In this document: positions 22,856 to 33,900 of the stretch, piece by piece
Position numbering within the stretch: the first letter of the stretch is position 1
Layout of the letters: the number at the start of each line of letters is the position of its first letter
Assembly (NCBI GenBank): GCA_973895155.1
Contig: OZ316899.1
Coordinates: 10,228,287-10,292,286 of the forward strand
DNA: 64,000 nucleotides
Direction: 5' to 3'
From: Marsupella aquatica
Lineage: Eukaryota; Plantae; Marchantiophyta
Notes under the pieces: model-generated
What the model was told of the DNA's origin: nothing
What the model saw: only the letters and a program-made list of their open reading frames with translations
Database searches by the model: none
Program-made: the position numbers and the translations under genes

Positions 22856-25490
22856 TGTGATGCCTTGCCAGGATCACGAAGTAATAACTAAGCCTAAAAA
22901 AATGGCTAAATAAGGATAGATAGAGAGTATAAGGTAACAATAAAGACCGATGCCGATTTCTACGTGTAGGTAATAAAGGAAAGGATCCAACGGTTGAGAT
23001 CCAACGGATTGGAGTTATGACCTAATCCATGCTTGATCACAAGGACCCCTAAGTGGCGGCTTCAGAGTAAGGTGACCAATACTCTGCCATTTCGCATTCT
23101 CGTGTACACGGTTTTGATATTGAGGAGCGACTGTCAGTCGAGTGCTAAGGTGGATTGGGAGATTGCGCAAGTTCTTGGCATTCGATGGAATGAACACGGT
23201 GAATCAGGCAGGGAAGTTTTGGGGTTCTTTGCTTGAAGAAGCAAGGCAGCTGATACCTACGTATGAAGACGTTGAGCCGGAGCGCGCAGCCAGAGAACGA
23301 GTGGAGCTTGTGCGATTGTGGGGAATTCACAAAATGACATTCGTAGATACGGAGGAGGTGTTGGAAAAGTTCTCGTGGACACCCACCAGTGCGAAGCTTG
23401 ACAAATTGCTGATCCGGGAGAATAAGGTCGTGGGGATTAGGGAGGAAATCAAGAACGCAGGGCAGCCACTTTGGGAATTGAAGGGTCACACTGCAAAGTG
23501 GATATAGGAAGCCATTATCGGGGAGTATTCAGGCGCTGAAGAGATGAAGCGCAAGGGAGGTTCGGCATCCGCCACTCCAGCAAAGCAAACTAGGTCAAAG
23601 AGACCACTCAAGATGGAATCCGGGCCAGTTAGAGATCGGGCTGTAGAGGATAAAACCATGACAGGGTGGGCAAACAGGTTACCTGCCGATTTACAATTAC
23701 AATTCGCAAGAGATGAGGATGAGGTCTTCAGTGCCGTTCAGGATAATAAATATGCAGGATATATGAATGACACTGGGTTGGAGGGCTTTGTCAGGTTGTC
23801 TTGGAGGATGGTAGACATACCAGATGAGGATTTGTTGGACTTTGTGGGATGCTGGGAGGCTTCTTCCAACACGACGTTGTTGTATGGAAAGGTGTTCAAA
23901 CTAACACCTGCGCTTATCAAAGCCGTCTTCGCTTTACCAACAGGAAGGAAGACTAAGGTGGAGCAGAGGAAGACGTTGCCGGATGACCAATTTAGGTCAT
24001 TTCCAGGGCCTTCCACTAAGAATGGGTTTTTCAGGAATCAATGTACCAACCCACATATAGGGCAGCTGATTGATTTCCTGAGAGTCACGTTGCATTGTAC
24101 CTTGCCAAGAGCATAAATCGGCAAAGCCCAGGTATTTTTGGTGGAGAATATTGATGCAAGCCGAGACTATAACGGCTATCTCTTAATGCAGTTGAAGAAG
24201 GCATTAAATGAAGAGAAGCAGAGCATTGGGGAGGGAGCGGTATCCAGACTAGGGTACCATTTGCAATTACTTTGCCGATATGCAAGAAGCCAGTGTTTTG
24301 CACCGGTGTTGCCTATACAGGAGCGGATGCCGATCACTGCACCACTTGAGGAGGTGGAGGAGGACGAGGAGCCTCTAAGCAAATGACGCCATGGGAGGAG
24401 GTCGGCAACACCGGCAACACGAGAACGGGAGCATTCCCCTATCAAGGAGCCAAAGGTAGTAACATATGATGTAGTGAGAAATCCGTTGCGCCGGCCTACT
24501 TGTAATAATCCATATGCATGCATCCAATTGGTCGAAAGGAAGATGACTGCCAAAGAGAGAAAGAAATATGACGAGCGAATGGATTTGTAGATAGATGAGG
24601 AGGTAAGCCGAAGCCAAGAGAGGCCGATATTAAGAGCTTCTAACAGAGCCCAAGTGGAGGGACCTGTGGAGGAAAGTCAACCAGCAGCAGCCCAACAATA
24701 TTCGGAGGAAGAGATCGGGGGCTTTGGAGGAGAGGCCAGCATGCTAGGTAGTCAGGTTAATGTGGATGATTACGACGACAACTATGTCGATCACGGGGAG
24801 AGGCCGGTACCAGGAGTTAGAACGATGGGAAGGTTTTGTAGAAGACTTCCCGCAGTCTTCTATGGCAAGCCGGAGGACCAGAAAACACCAAAATCTCCTC
24901 CACCAGATGTGACGCCATTGGAATTTGACAAGATGAAGGAAGCTGAAGCCGGGCTACAAGAGAGGATTAAGGAGTGGGGGGCCCGGAATGCAGAACAGGA
25001 ATGCCAGCTACCAGGAGGAGAGTGGTCGGAAGAAATAAGACGGCTTAGTGAGAGGCAGGCCGAACCTCTCACTGACTTTGATCAATTACGGGCAGAGGCT
25101 TGGGAGAGACAACCTTGATGGCAAATGCCAGTATCACCTGGGAGGTCAAACTACGCAAGAAATTGGGCTAAGGAGTATGGAGACATGTGTGGACTCTTAG
25201 CCTTAGAAATCTTCGGTAACGAGTTGGAATCCGGGCCATTTCTTAGAAAAGAAGTGGCTGATCAAATGAGATTGGAGGAGGCAATGATGTTGGAGCGGTT
25301 AAAGAAAGAGGAGGTAATCGCTCGGCTTCGCTCCATGGAAGCCGAAGTTGCTAAGATGAAGTCTGGTCAACCAACTCAGCAGGATCTCTTGGCTAAGCAG
25401 CAGGAATTGGAGGTGGCGAACAACCAATTGGATAACCAACAAATCAAGGAAAATTTGATGAAGGTAGAGCTGGAGTTATCCGATTCAAAA
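22856..25490 (+). mobile_element. 5' part of a gene-bearing LTR-like element, 3'-deleted
   Basis: Starts TGTGATGCC..GCC...AAGTAAT, like the minus-strand start of the 58992-63034 element (TGTGACGCCGCC...AAGTAAT). Encodes YMNDTGLEGFVRLSW...LLDFV...LYGKVFKLTPALIKAVFALP. Confidence 0.75.
23142..25490 (+). pseudogene. Fragmented accessory ORF with a putative plant-transposon-protein (Transposase_32 / Athila-ORF-like) domain and start of a coiled-coil
   Basis: 23544-24386 is homologous to 61024-61935; 24654-25480 is homologous to 7-1173. Confidence 0.65.
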
Positions 25491-26929
25491 CCTCACCCTC
25501 ACGACTCATGTTGGAAGGGAGGAATAGAAGAAATTATCTTTGCGGGAATTTCTCGCGAAGAGAACGTCAGCTGGGATGAAGTGTTCAAGCCCAACCAGAT
25601 GAAGCCAAAATGGGTGTACGGTGAAAAGGATATTGATTTTGTGGTTGAGAAGGTCAAGGGAAAGGGAAAGGCAAAGGACGCGGACAAGGAGTCATTACAT
25701 GAAGATCTAAGAAATATGATGACCCCAGAAGAGGCGGCAATACTTCTGCACATGGCACCTCGATTTGAGACGGTTGGCGCTCGGGGTGGGTGGGTGAGTC
25801 CTCACGCCAAACCCACACGGATGATCCAAAAGATCATCCAAACACTGTCCAAGCCGGGGGATTTGATTCTTGACTTTTTCTCTGGCGGTCAAGTGATGAA
25901 AGCATCCCTTTTTTCTCAATGTGAATTTTTTGTTTATTGTGACTCTCAACATGAGAGACATTTTGTGGAAGCATATGCTTCGTTCCTTTGTGAGAAGGTT
26001 CCCACCATCAAAGATCGTTATGATCGCTATGTCGGTGGAAGTTCTAGACATTGGGAACCCTCTTCTGCCGCTGTTGCTATTGACGATGAATCAGATGGTG
26101 ATCAAGAAGATGGAGCTAACCAATCAGTCAAAGACAATGGGCCATTGGAGGGGGCATACGTGAAGAATTTGGATGACCGAGTTGGCGAGGGTGAAAATAT
26201 TGACCTTGTGGAAGACGATATGATTGTTGGATCTCCACCTTGCAGTTCACCAATTACAGATGTTGCCCCCATGGGCCCCAACGAGGGCCAGTATGATGAT
26301 AACTTGGATAGAGATGGTCTCATCCACAATTGCCTGGACAAGAGATGGAAGTTGATATGTTTGAAAAACTGTCTTCAAACAACCTTCTCAATCAAGGTGC
26401 GGAGAGGCATGGTGAGTCCAATGAACTCAACACATTGGGATTGAGACCACAGCCCATCCAAATAGTTGACATTCCCGTGAATGAAGCAAGTGCATCCACG
26501 ACTGCTGACAACCAGGCAGGTGCTTCAGTTTGTCCCGATACACTCTTTTCTGCTTCTGATGACAAATTGGTGTTTGTCCGATCACAATCAAGAAGTCCCG
26601 TTATCCTTCCACTCTCAAAAAAGAAAGAGAAGAGAGTAGGATCAACTGGATATAAGTCACTTGAATATGATTGTCGATGTTACGTGTGGAAAAGTGGACC
26701 CAATGTAGGAACTGAAGTTGCGTTGGATGCTGCTCAATCAATTTTGAGCAATGACTTGTACAAAAAGCACAAGAAAGATCCAACTTATAGAAGTGGAGAA
26801 TTGGGATTGATAACTCCGGTTTGGTCTGCACCTTATTGGATAGAGGAGAGTACCTCCAATGTCAATTATGAGATCCAACAAGAGCTCAATGATGATATCT
26901 TGATTGATAAATATGGATCTCATTGTTAG
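25490..26929 (+). pseudogene. C-terminal half of a CACTA-borne N6/N4 DNA-methyltransferase-like gene (copy A)
   Basis: PHAKPTRMIQKIIQTLSKPGDLILDFFSGG at ~25800-25890 matches the beta-class MTase HxxxKP...PGDxxLDxFxGxG signature; followed by an acidic linker and a small C-terminal domain after a frameshift. Confidence 0.75.
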
Positions 26930-27149
26930 CCAAGGTCTAGATTGAGCCATGTGACCTTATCAATTTGATATAATATAGTCTGTATAATTATACTTCAAGT
27001 TTAACAATTAGAGCATCAGTATCAATATCCATCTCCTCTTTACGGTTTCTCAATGAATACGGTCAGTATGCAGGATTGACAGAGATGATCTCTATCCAAA
27101 CTTCAAATGTGGTTTTTTCTCTAAGATTGGTATTTGTTGCACTTGCAGA

Positions 27150-28186
27150 ACCAAGACCTTGTTCCATCAAGCGCAAATTGCTGATTTTGGATCTTAACAA
27201 AATACTTTGGGATTCAGTTGAATTCCAAAGCAAGGGCAAATCCAGAAATGTTGTGACCCCAAGTGGAGTGCATTGGGATAGAAAAAATGGAATTAGTCGC
27301 ATGTATACAAAAAGGCCAGGGCTCCATGAGTTTCTAAAGTTGGTTTTTGACCGATTTGACGTTGCAATTTGGACATGTGCTGGGGTACAACAAAAAGTGA
27401 AAATGCTGAACATGATGTTCACTGCTGAAGAGAGATTGAAACTTAAGTTTGTATTCACACAGGTGGAAGCCTTTGACACAGGCATTCAAAGGCGTGACAT
27501 TACAAACGGAAAGGAAAATCTGCTACTAAAGGATTTTTGGGTGGTATGGAGTGGATTTGGAAATCTATATGATGAAACCAACACCCTCCTTGTGGATGAC
27601 TCCCCCCTTAAGGCATTTGCCAACCCAAGCATGATCGGACTATTTCCAGTGCCCTACACGCATGCCAATGGTGGAGATAATTTTCTTCTAACAATTCTTT
27701 GGCCTTGTCTTGAGAAACTATCACATGCAAGTGACATTAGATGTTATCTTCTTCTTAACTCTCCACTATGGTCTCTATTTGCACATAAAGAGAGACAAGG
27801 TAAAAAATGAAATTACTTATGATCAACTAAGTAAGAGATGTGCAAAAAAAATTTGGAAGTCACAGTTTACGCATAGTGTGTTGGACCTCAATAGCAATGA
27901 AATTCCTTGGAACGTGAAGCATCGTATATGTAGTTTACGTCCTGAGGCAGAACTTGACGATGCACTTGTCACCTCACTTGCTAAAGCATTTGTAGGACGG
28001 GACTATTCAGGTCCATATAGAGAAAATCCCAGACACTTTTTGCGGGAGATTATAGCCATTAGAAACAACACCACCAAGTTTCAGCTCCCTGAAGATAAAG
28101 GGACTTGCAACCGTGACACTAGGGTAGATAGTAAAGGAGACAGGGGCACATGCTCAAATACACATTGTAAGGAGCACTTTGTTTAG
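27150..28186 (+). pseudogene. FCP1/NIF-like HAD phosphatase domain gene (copy A), one frameshift near 27780
   Basis: KRKLLILDLNKIL, KRPGLHEFL, FDVAIWT, NTLLVDDSPLKA; Cys/His-containing tail. Confidence 0.85.
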
Positions 28187-28459
28187 AGATCTGACTCATG
28201 TTAAGCCCCTTAGATAGAATAAATACATTGTAAATTTGGAGATAATTGTAGATTATTTTATAATCTATATGGAGTTATGTCATTTTGTTCACACATATTC
28301 AAGGGCTTCTTTGTGTTGAAATGTTTTTATAAGTATGATCTCTATCCTACTATTCTTTGTGAATTAATAAATAATGATCTCTATCCTATTATTCTTTGTT
28401 AATCAATAAATGATATAATATTATTATTTATTAATATAATATTAATATGATTTGGCCTA

Positions 28460-28575
28460 TAAAGTGTACATTTAGAGACCAAAAAGTGTACATTTGGGTT
28501 TCTTAAAGTGTACATTTGGGGACACGAAAGTGTACATTTCAAGACTGATTTGTGAACAAAAGAAAATACACTTTT
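28460..28575. repeat. ~21 bp repeats with core AAAGTGTACATTT (x4-5)
   Basis: Seen directly at ~28461, 28483, 28505, 28527. Confidence 0.8.
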
Positions 28576-28774
28576 AATGAATAGATTGATAGGTGGAGCC
28601 CACAGAAAGGGATGTGGAGGGTAACATGGCCCCAACAGTGGAAGGTGAGGTTTCTCATATGTTTCCATGATTGGAGATGCAAGCAACATGTTTTTTTGTA
28701 TGTTTCCATCATGATTGGAGATCGTGTTCAGAAAATGTTGACAGGCTGTTCACTTGCTATTTTGTTATTGTAGA

Positions 28775-29300
28775 GGTTACCAATGTACTGAATACCCCCA
28801 GTTTGGATCCATATGAAGAGGTTGTAGAAGTTGCCAAACGCGATGAGAATGGATGCGAAACAGAGGGCCAGGTGGAGACAAAAATTCCATCAGAGGCAGG
28901 TGACATGCAGGATGTGGCCATGGACGCTGGAGCAGAAGTAGAACTTTCAGCAGCTGGGAGACCTATTAGGAAGGTGAAGAGTCGGGCCAGAGCAAGTGGT
29001 AAAGTGACTGCGGCGAAGAAGTGTAAAGCTGATGCGGAATTGAAAACTCAAGCACAGCCTGAGTATGCACTGTTCTCACCAAAGCAAGGTGACGTGTGTG
29101 TAGGGTTTGGAAAATTGCGTCCTGAGCAAATTACATTCCATTGCAAAGAAGTGCCAACAGGGTATTCTGTAGTGTTGTTGACAAAGTTTGTGAAGCCAAA
29201 GACCCCTTTACGTACCAGTTCCTAATTTGAATGATGACACGCCACAGACAACTATTGCAGATGCATTGAACTCTTTGGTGTTGTGGCCAATAGATTACAT
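28775..29300 (+). pseudogene. En/Spm TNP1-associated (DUF8039 / Transposase_23-like) domain, frameshifted
   Basis: VGFGKLRPEQITFHCKEVPTGYSVVLLTKFVKP...TIADALNSLVLWP; paralog of 53593-54108. Confidence 0.7.
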
Positions 29301-30464
29301 AGGGACACCCGAAATGTGTGGTTTGTAGTTTCTGATACTTGAAAACAGATCCATGATTGGTGCCAATGTTACCAAAACATTTCATAATGCAAAATTCAAT
29401 TGAGAATCTCTTGATCATCTCATAATGTGACATTTTTGTTTGGATGAAATTATGCATTTGTGTTCAATAGTTAATATGAGTTGTAAGATTGGAATACTTA
29501 CAATTATATGATCCCTCCTGTTTTCATGTAAGACTTGTATGCTTGTGCTTGTATAGTCATGGTTCTAGTCATATGAGCAGAAGCCATTCGCCTCAGCTCG
29601 AGTCAAAATATTGACCACTAAATCAAAGAAAGCGATCGTGAACTAGAGTGCTGGAGTCAAACTGTGTCATTTAGTTGTGACCGTGATATATCATCATGGT
29701 CCCCAATAAGACTGGCCAATCTAGCCCAATCTTAAGTTTTCTAAAGTCATCAACTATCTTTAGTCATCATTGGTCACAAACATGGCCATATGCTCTCCAC
29801 TTTTATGACTATCAAGTCGTAATCAGTCGTCTGTGTACCGTTATTGAACCATAGCACCAATCATATATGCGAAAGGCTACTCTTCTCACTGACTAGTTGT
29901 GACTAATTCATACCTTGGCTTGAGTCAGGAAAATGACTACTTTGTAGTCATTTATATGACTATAGCTTGGTGGGAACCAAAAATGCCTTAGTATGGTTAT
30001 GGTCATTATTAGTCACAAAATGTGTCTTAAACCTTAGTCACAAAGCTGACCACTCAATTTCAGTCACTTTAAATAAGACTCTATGTCTAAATTATGACTG
30101 GATTGATACCACCCAAACTTTAGTCACACTAAGTCATGGACAGTCGTAAAACTTAGTCATATAACACCCCGGTTTCTACTAGTGTTAGCTAGCCAATTGT
30201 AGTGCCGTGGGCATCACTCGATCAATCTCAATGAATGCTGAGATCTATGTTTGCACATTGATTAATAAAAGTGATTCAAGTGTTGCACGAAACATTCCAG
30301 ATTGCAAATCCACAAAGTGAGGAATCACATATAATCCTGAAGTTAAATTCAAATCAAAAAAGTTTCAATAAATAATAAGGTTTACAAAATTGGAGGCCAC
30401 GGCTTCCTGTTCCAGCCTGTACAATCACAGGCGGTATGTTTAGTACATATTCTTACACTACAGT

Positions 30465-30690
30465 CCGTGCGCTTTACAATATCTCCTTCTTTGATGGCAA
30501 TATCACTACCAAATATAACAATTCCCACATATTCATTTTCTAGATTTAAAGCCATTCCTTTTACAGCGCTGGCAAATTCAACCATTTCCCCCACTTGAAT
30601 CTTGTTCAATCCATAAACACGTGCAATTCCATCTCCAATTGAAACCACTCGACCGATCTCATCCGCTTGTAATTTGGTGTAATAGTTGGT
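30465..30690 (-). pseudogene. atp1: NUMT: mitochondrial ATP synthase alpha N-terminal fragment
   Basis: [75 protein letters not shown]. Confidence 0.95.
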
Positions 30691-30750
30691 AAATACCGAG
30701 CCGGGTAGAGAGATAGTGGAAGGAGAAAGCGTAATGGAGCACATATAACT

Positions 30751-30801
30751 TGACCCCCCCCACATGGTTGCAATCCAACTAAAAATCTTTATTCCAGTAG
30801 G
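30751..30801 (-). pseudogene. cox1: NUMT: 51 bp cox1 fragment
   Basis: [17 protein letters not shown], the conserved plant COX1 helix VIII segment. Confidence 0.9.
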
Positions 30802-30903
30802 CGTGATGAATTTCACGAGAGGTCATTGTAGTTTGGAGAACTGGATTGGGAGTAGGCCCCATAAAATTCCAGGTGCATACGTCCAATCGAGAGTAGGCTC
30901 TTG

Positions 30904-30967
30904 GAGAGCCGTGTGATGGAAGACTATCAAGCACGGTTCCACGAGAAGGGCTAATCCTTTACTCGAT
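30904..30967 (+). ncRNA. Organellar group II intron domain V/VI and 3' end fragment (part of the NUMT)
   Basis: GAGCCGTGTGATGGAAGACTATCAAGCACGGTTC (domain V pattern), then a domain VI-like hairpin ending ACTCGAT. Confidence 0.8.
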
Positions 30968-33900
30968 AGATATCACTAGTAGAAAACATGGTTATTTATG
31001 ACCGCAACAATGACTACCCACATGGTCTTTTCGTCAAAACAATGATGCGTTTGTTTCCATCTTTCCAGACGCATTGCTTTGGACATTTGCATCATGGTCC
31101 TTTTGGACAAATGACGCAAAAAATGTGTGGTCATTTCATACCATCCAAAATGACTTAACCTATGATTTGGTCATAAATGGTGAACGGTCTGAAATTACCA
31201 AAAAAAATCACCGTTGACGGTCAATCACTGTTCACCATCAACGGTCTCCATACCCAATTACACATCGCCACATGGCAGTTAAATAATATAGGTCATTTGT
31301 CATTTTGGACAAGTCTAAAATGATGCACAATATGTAACAAATCAAACATTGACACATGGCTCAAAGGGTATTCACCATGTGGCAATAGGCTTGGGTCATT
31401 TTGGACTTGTCCAAAATGACTATGTTATAGACATGTCATATGGGGGCATGTGGTTGAATTGGGAGTAGACACGTGAAAATACCCATTTGTCATTAAGGAC
31501 ATGTTTTTAATGACTTGAGGTGAGTCATATTGGATACAAATATAGATGTTCATAATGACCATAAGATCAGTCATTTTATGTGTCATTCTTTGAGTCATTA
31601 AATATATGTCTTGAATGACTTAAGGTGAGTCATATTGAACACAAGCATATATATATTCATAATGACCATGAGATCAGTCATATAAATCATTCTTTGGGTC
31701 ATTCAAGTCATGTCTTGAAAGACTTAAGTCAAATAAATTTAAGTAATCATATTGGGCACAAATCTATATGATTCAAGAGTCATACAAAACAGAACCATCC
31801 AATACAATTGTTAAAGGAAAGTAGATGCTACCAGTCATTCAAATACTAGAAAATCCAATTGACATTCCCCATGATATTCATCCAAGATACATGCTTGTAA
31901 GTCAAGCAATAACTATTGAATTCAATGAAACAATATATCATGGAAGAAATGCAGATAATATTATCAGATAGATTGTCAAATGTTACAATCTGAAACACCA
32001 GCAACTTTTAATGTCTGTAGAAAAACAGAGTTGTCATTCTCATTCTACAAAACCTACATACTACTTCTTGGGCCATCTAGAATTCCACAATGTGTTCATC
32101 CCCTTCACGTACCTCAGATAACTTGGAATGGTTCCCTCCAGTAGCAAATGGCAATGCCACATCTGGACAAAACACTTCAATCACACGCACTCGCAAGAAA
32201 GGGCTTTCAAAATCAACATAATGAAACTTATCTTAATTCTCCTAGCAGCCGTAGCACCTCACCCTCTGCCACTACTATGGTGGTTGTCCATAACACTCTT
32301 CATCTTCCTCTTGCAAAATGTGAACAACACATTTTGTTAAAAATGCAAGAAGCACAAATTGAAACTAAAATACAATTAAAGAACACTCAAATCTAACAAC
32401 ACTTTTACCTTTGCAGTGGGGTTAGGAGACTGGATTGGTTTCTTCTGTGCAGGTGATGCATTTGCTGAAGATCCTTTCTTCCTTTTCTTCTTTCCCCTTC
32501 TAGTTGATGTACTATCTTTTGGCAACTCAGATGATTCTAGGTTTCATCGCTTATGTGTTTGTGGAACCTAATCATTCTGTTGTGGACAAACAAAGAATGA
32601 TTAGGTTCCTTACATGAGAATGTTGCTCAACTTTACATATGGCCAAACACAAACACATAAGCGATAAATGAGGTTCCGAGGTATTCCCGGTGCTCACAAT
32701 GAGAAATAGCTAAGATTCTCAACTGGTCCAGATGCTAGGTTCTCATATTGTTGTGCAAGGCATAAAGACATTGTATTGGATGCTGCCTCATGTGCTGATC
32801 GATAATTTGGAAGAAGATCCTGATACGAGTAAAACATATGGAACTTGTCACATAACTTTGAATATTAATCTTAGATTCTCAAAAGTACAGAAGGTAAAAT
32901 TAAAAAGAGCTTCCAGTGAAGTCCATGCAGACCTGTATGATTCCGAATATAATCCCAGAGTGTAGAAGTCCTTTCCACACTCATTGCTTCTTCACGTATG
33001 GTATATCCAATAGCATGAACATTGGCTCCTTGAGACTTGAGTTCCTTGCTTGCCAATCTTGTAGTTCCTGGATATCCTGCAATGCAAATCCTGAATCTTT
33101 TTGAGCTCCTGTTACAAATAAGCCTGCACAAACATTCAGGGTATAACATGAGGGACCCCAAGCAAACACTTTGATGAGGCTTACTCTACGCAATTTAAGT
33201 TCACCACTATTTTATCCCTATACAACACTAACTCAGGTAAACTTGTTAATTTGCTGCTTGCTTTTCTCTCAACAACATTCATGAAATTAGATGTGCTGGT
33301 AAATCTCTCCCAATCCTGTCACCTTACTGAAAAATACACTTGGCCAAAATATATCTAACAGTCACTTCAAAAGCATAGCCACGAACGAACCCATATGTAC
33401 GTAGTATGTGCACTAGACCCTGTGGTGTCAAAATGAGTATATATAAGATTTGGTACCTCTTCTGCACACAATGCCAGAAATTCAGCAGTCAATTATTGGC
33501 CAGGCTGGATCACAGGCTTGCTTGCAAACAACTGGTTTGGAGCAACACTATAATTGCTCCAAAGCCACCAGGACTATAAAAGAAAATGAAGGCAAATGCC
33601 CCTCAATGGACCAAACAAGATACTTTTGTCTTGAACTTTGATGTCACATCTTAGGGATCTAGTGCGAAGGACAACTATCTTGTTGCAGAATCTATAGCAT
33701 AAAATAGTCTCGCATGACTGCAAATTAAAGACACTTTTGTCTGGCTCCTGAACAGTTACTGACACAAAAGTCTACACCCATTGGTACCCTTGTGACAAGA
33801 AGAGAGATTGCATGGGAGTAGGTGAGACAACTTCCATTAGAGATGCTGGCAATGGAATATTGGCTTCCACTTGTGGACTTCTCGTAATGTGTGAACAGAA

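Larger units (their letters stand above)
22680..30184 (+). mobile_element. CACTA (En/Spm) element copy A, right part, interrupted by an LTR-like insertion
   Basis: Terminus ...ggtttctactagtg at 30184 (reverse complement CACTAGTAGAAACC); TGAC/GTCA-rich sub-terminal region 29560-30170. 22680-22800 and 25490-28212 match 53020-53140 and 48462-51030 in inverse orientation. Confidence 0.8.

Noticed and set aside
30382-30816. Functional atp1 or cox1-atp1 fusion gene
   Set aside because: Only ~75 and 17 codons of each, with substitutions at conserved sites and a non-ATG start; treated as a NUMT.
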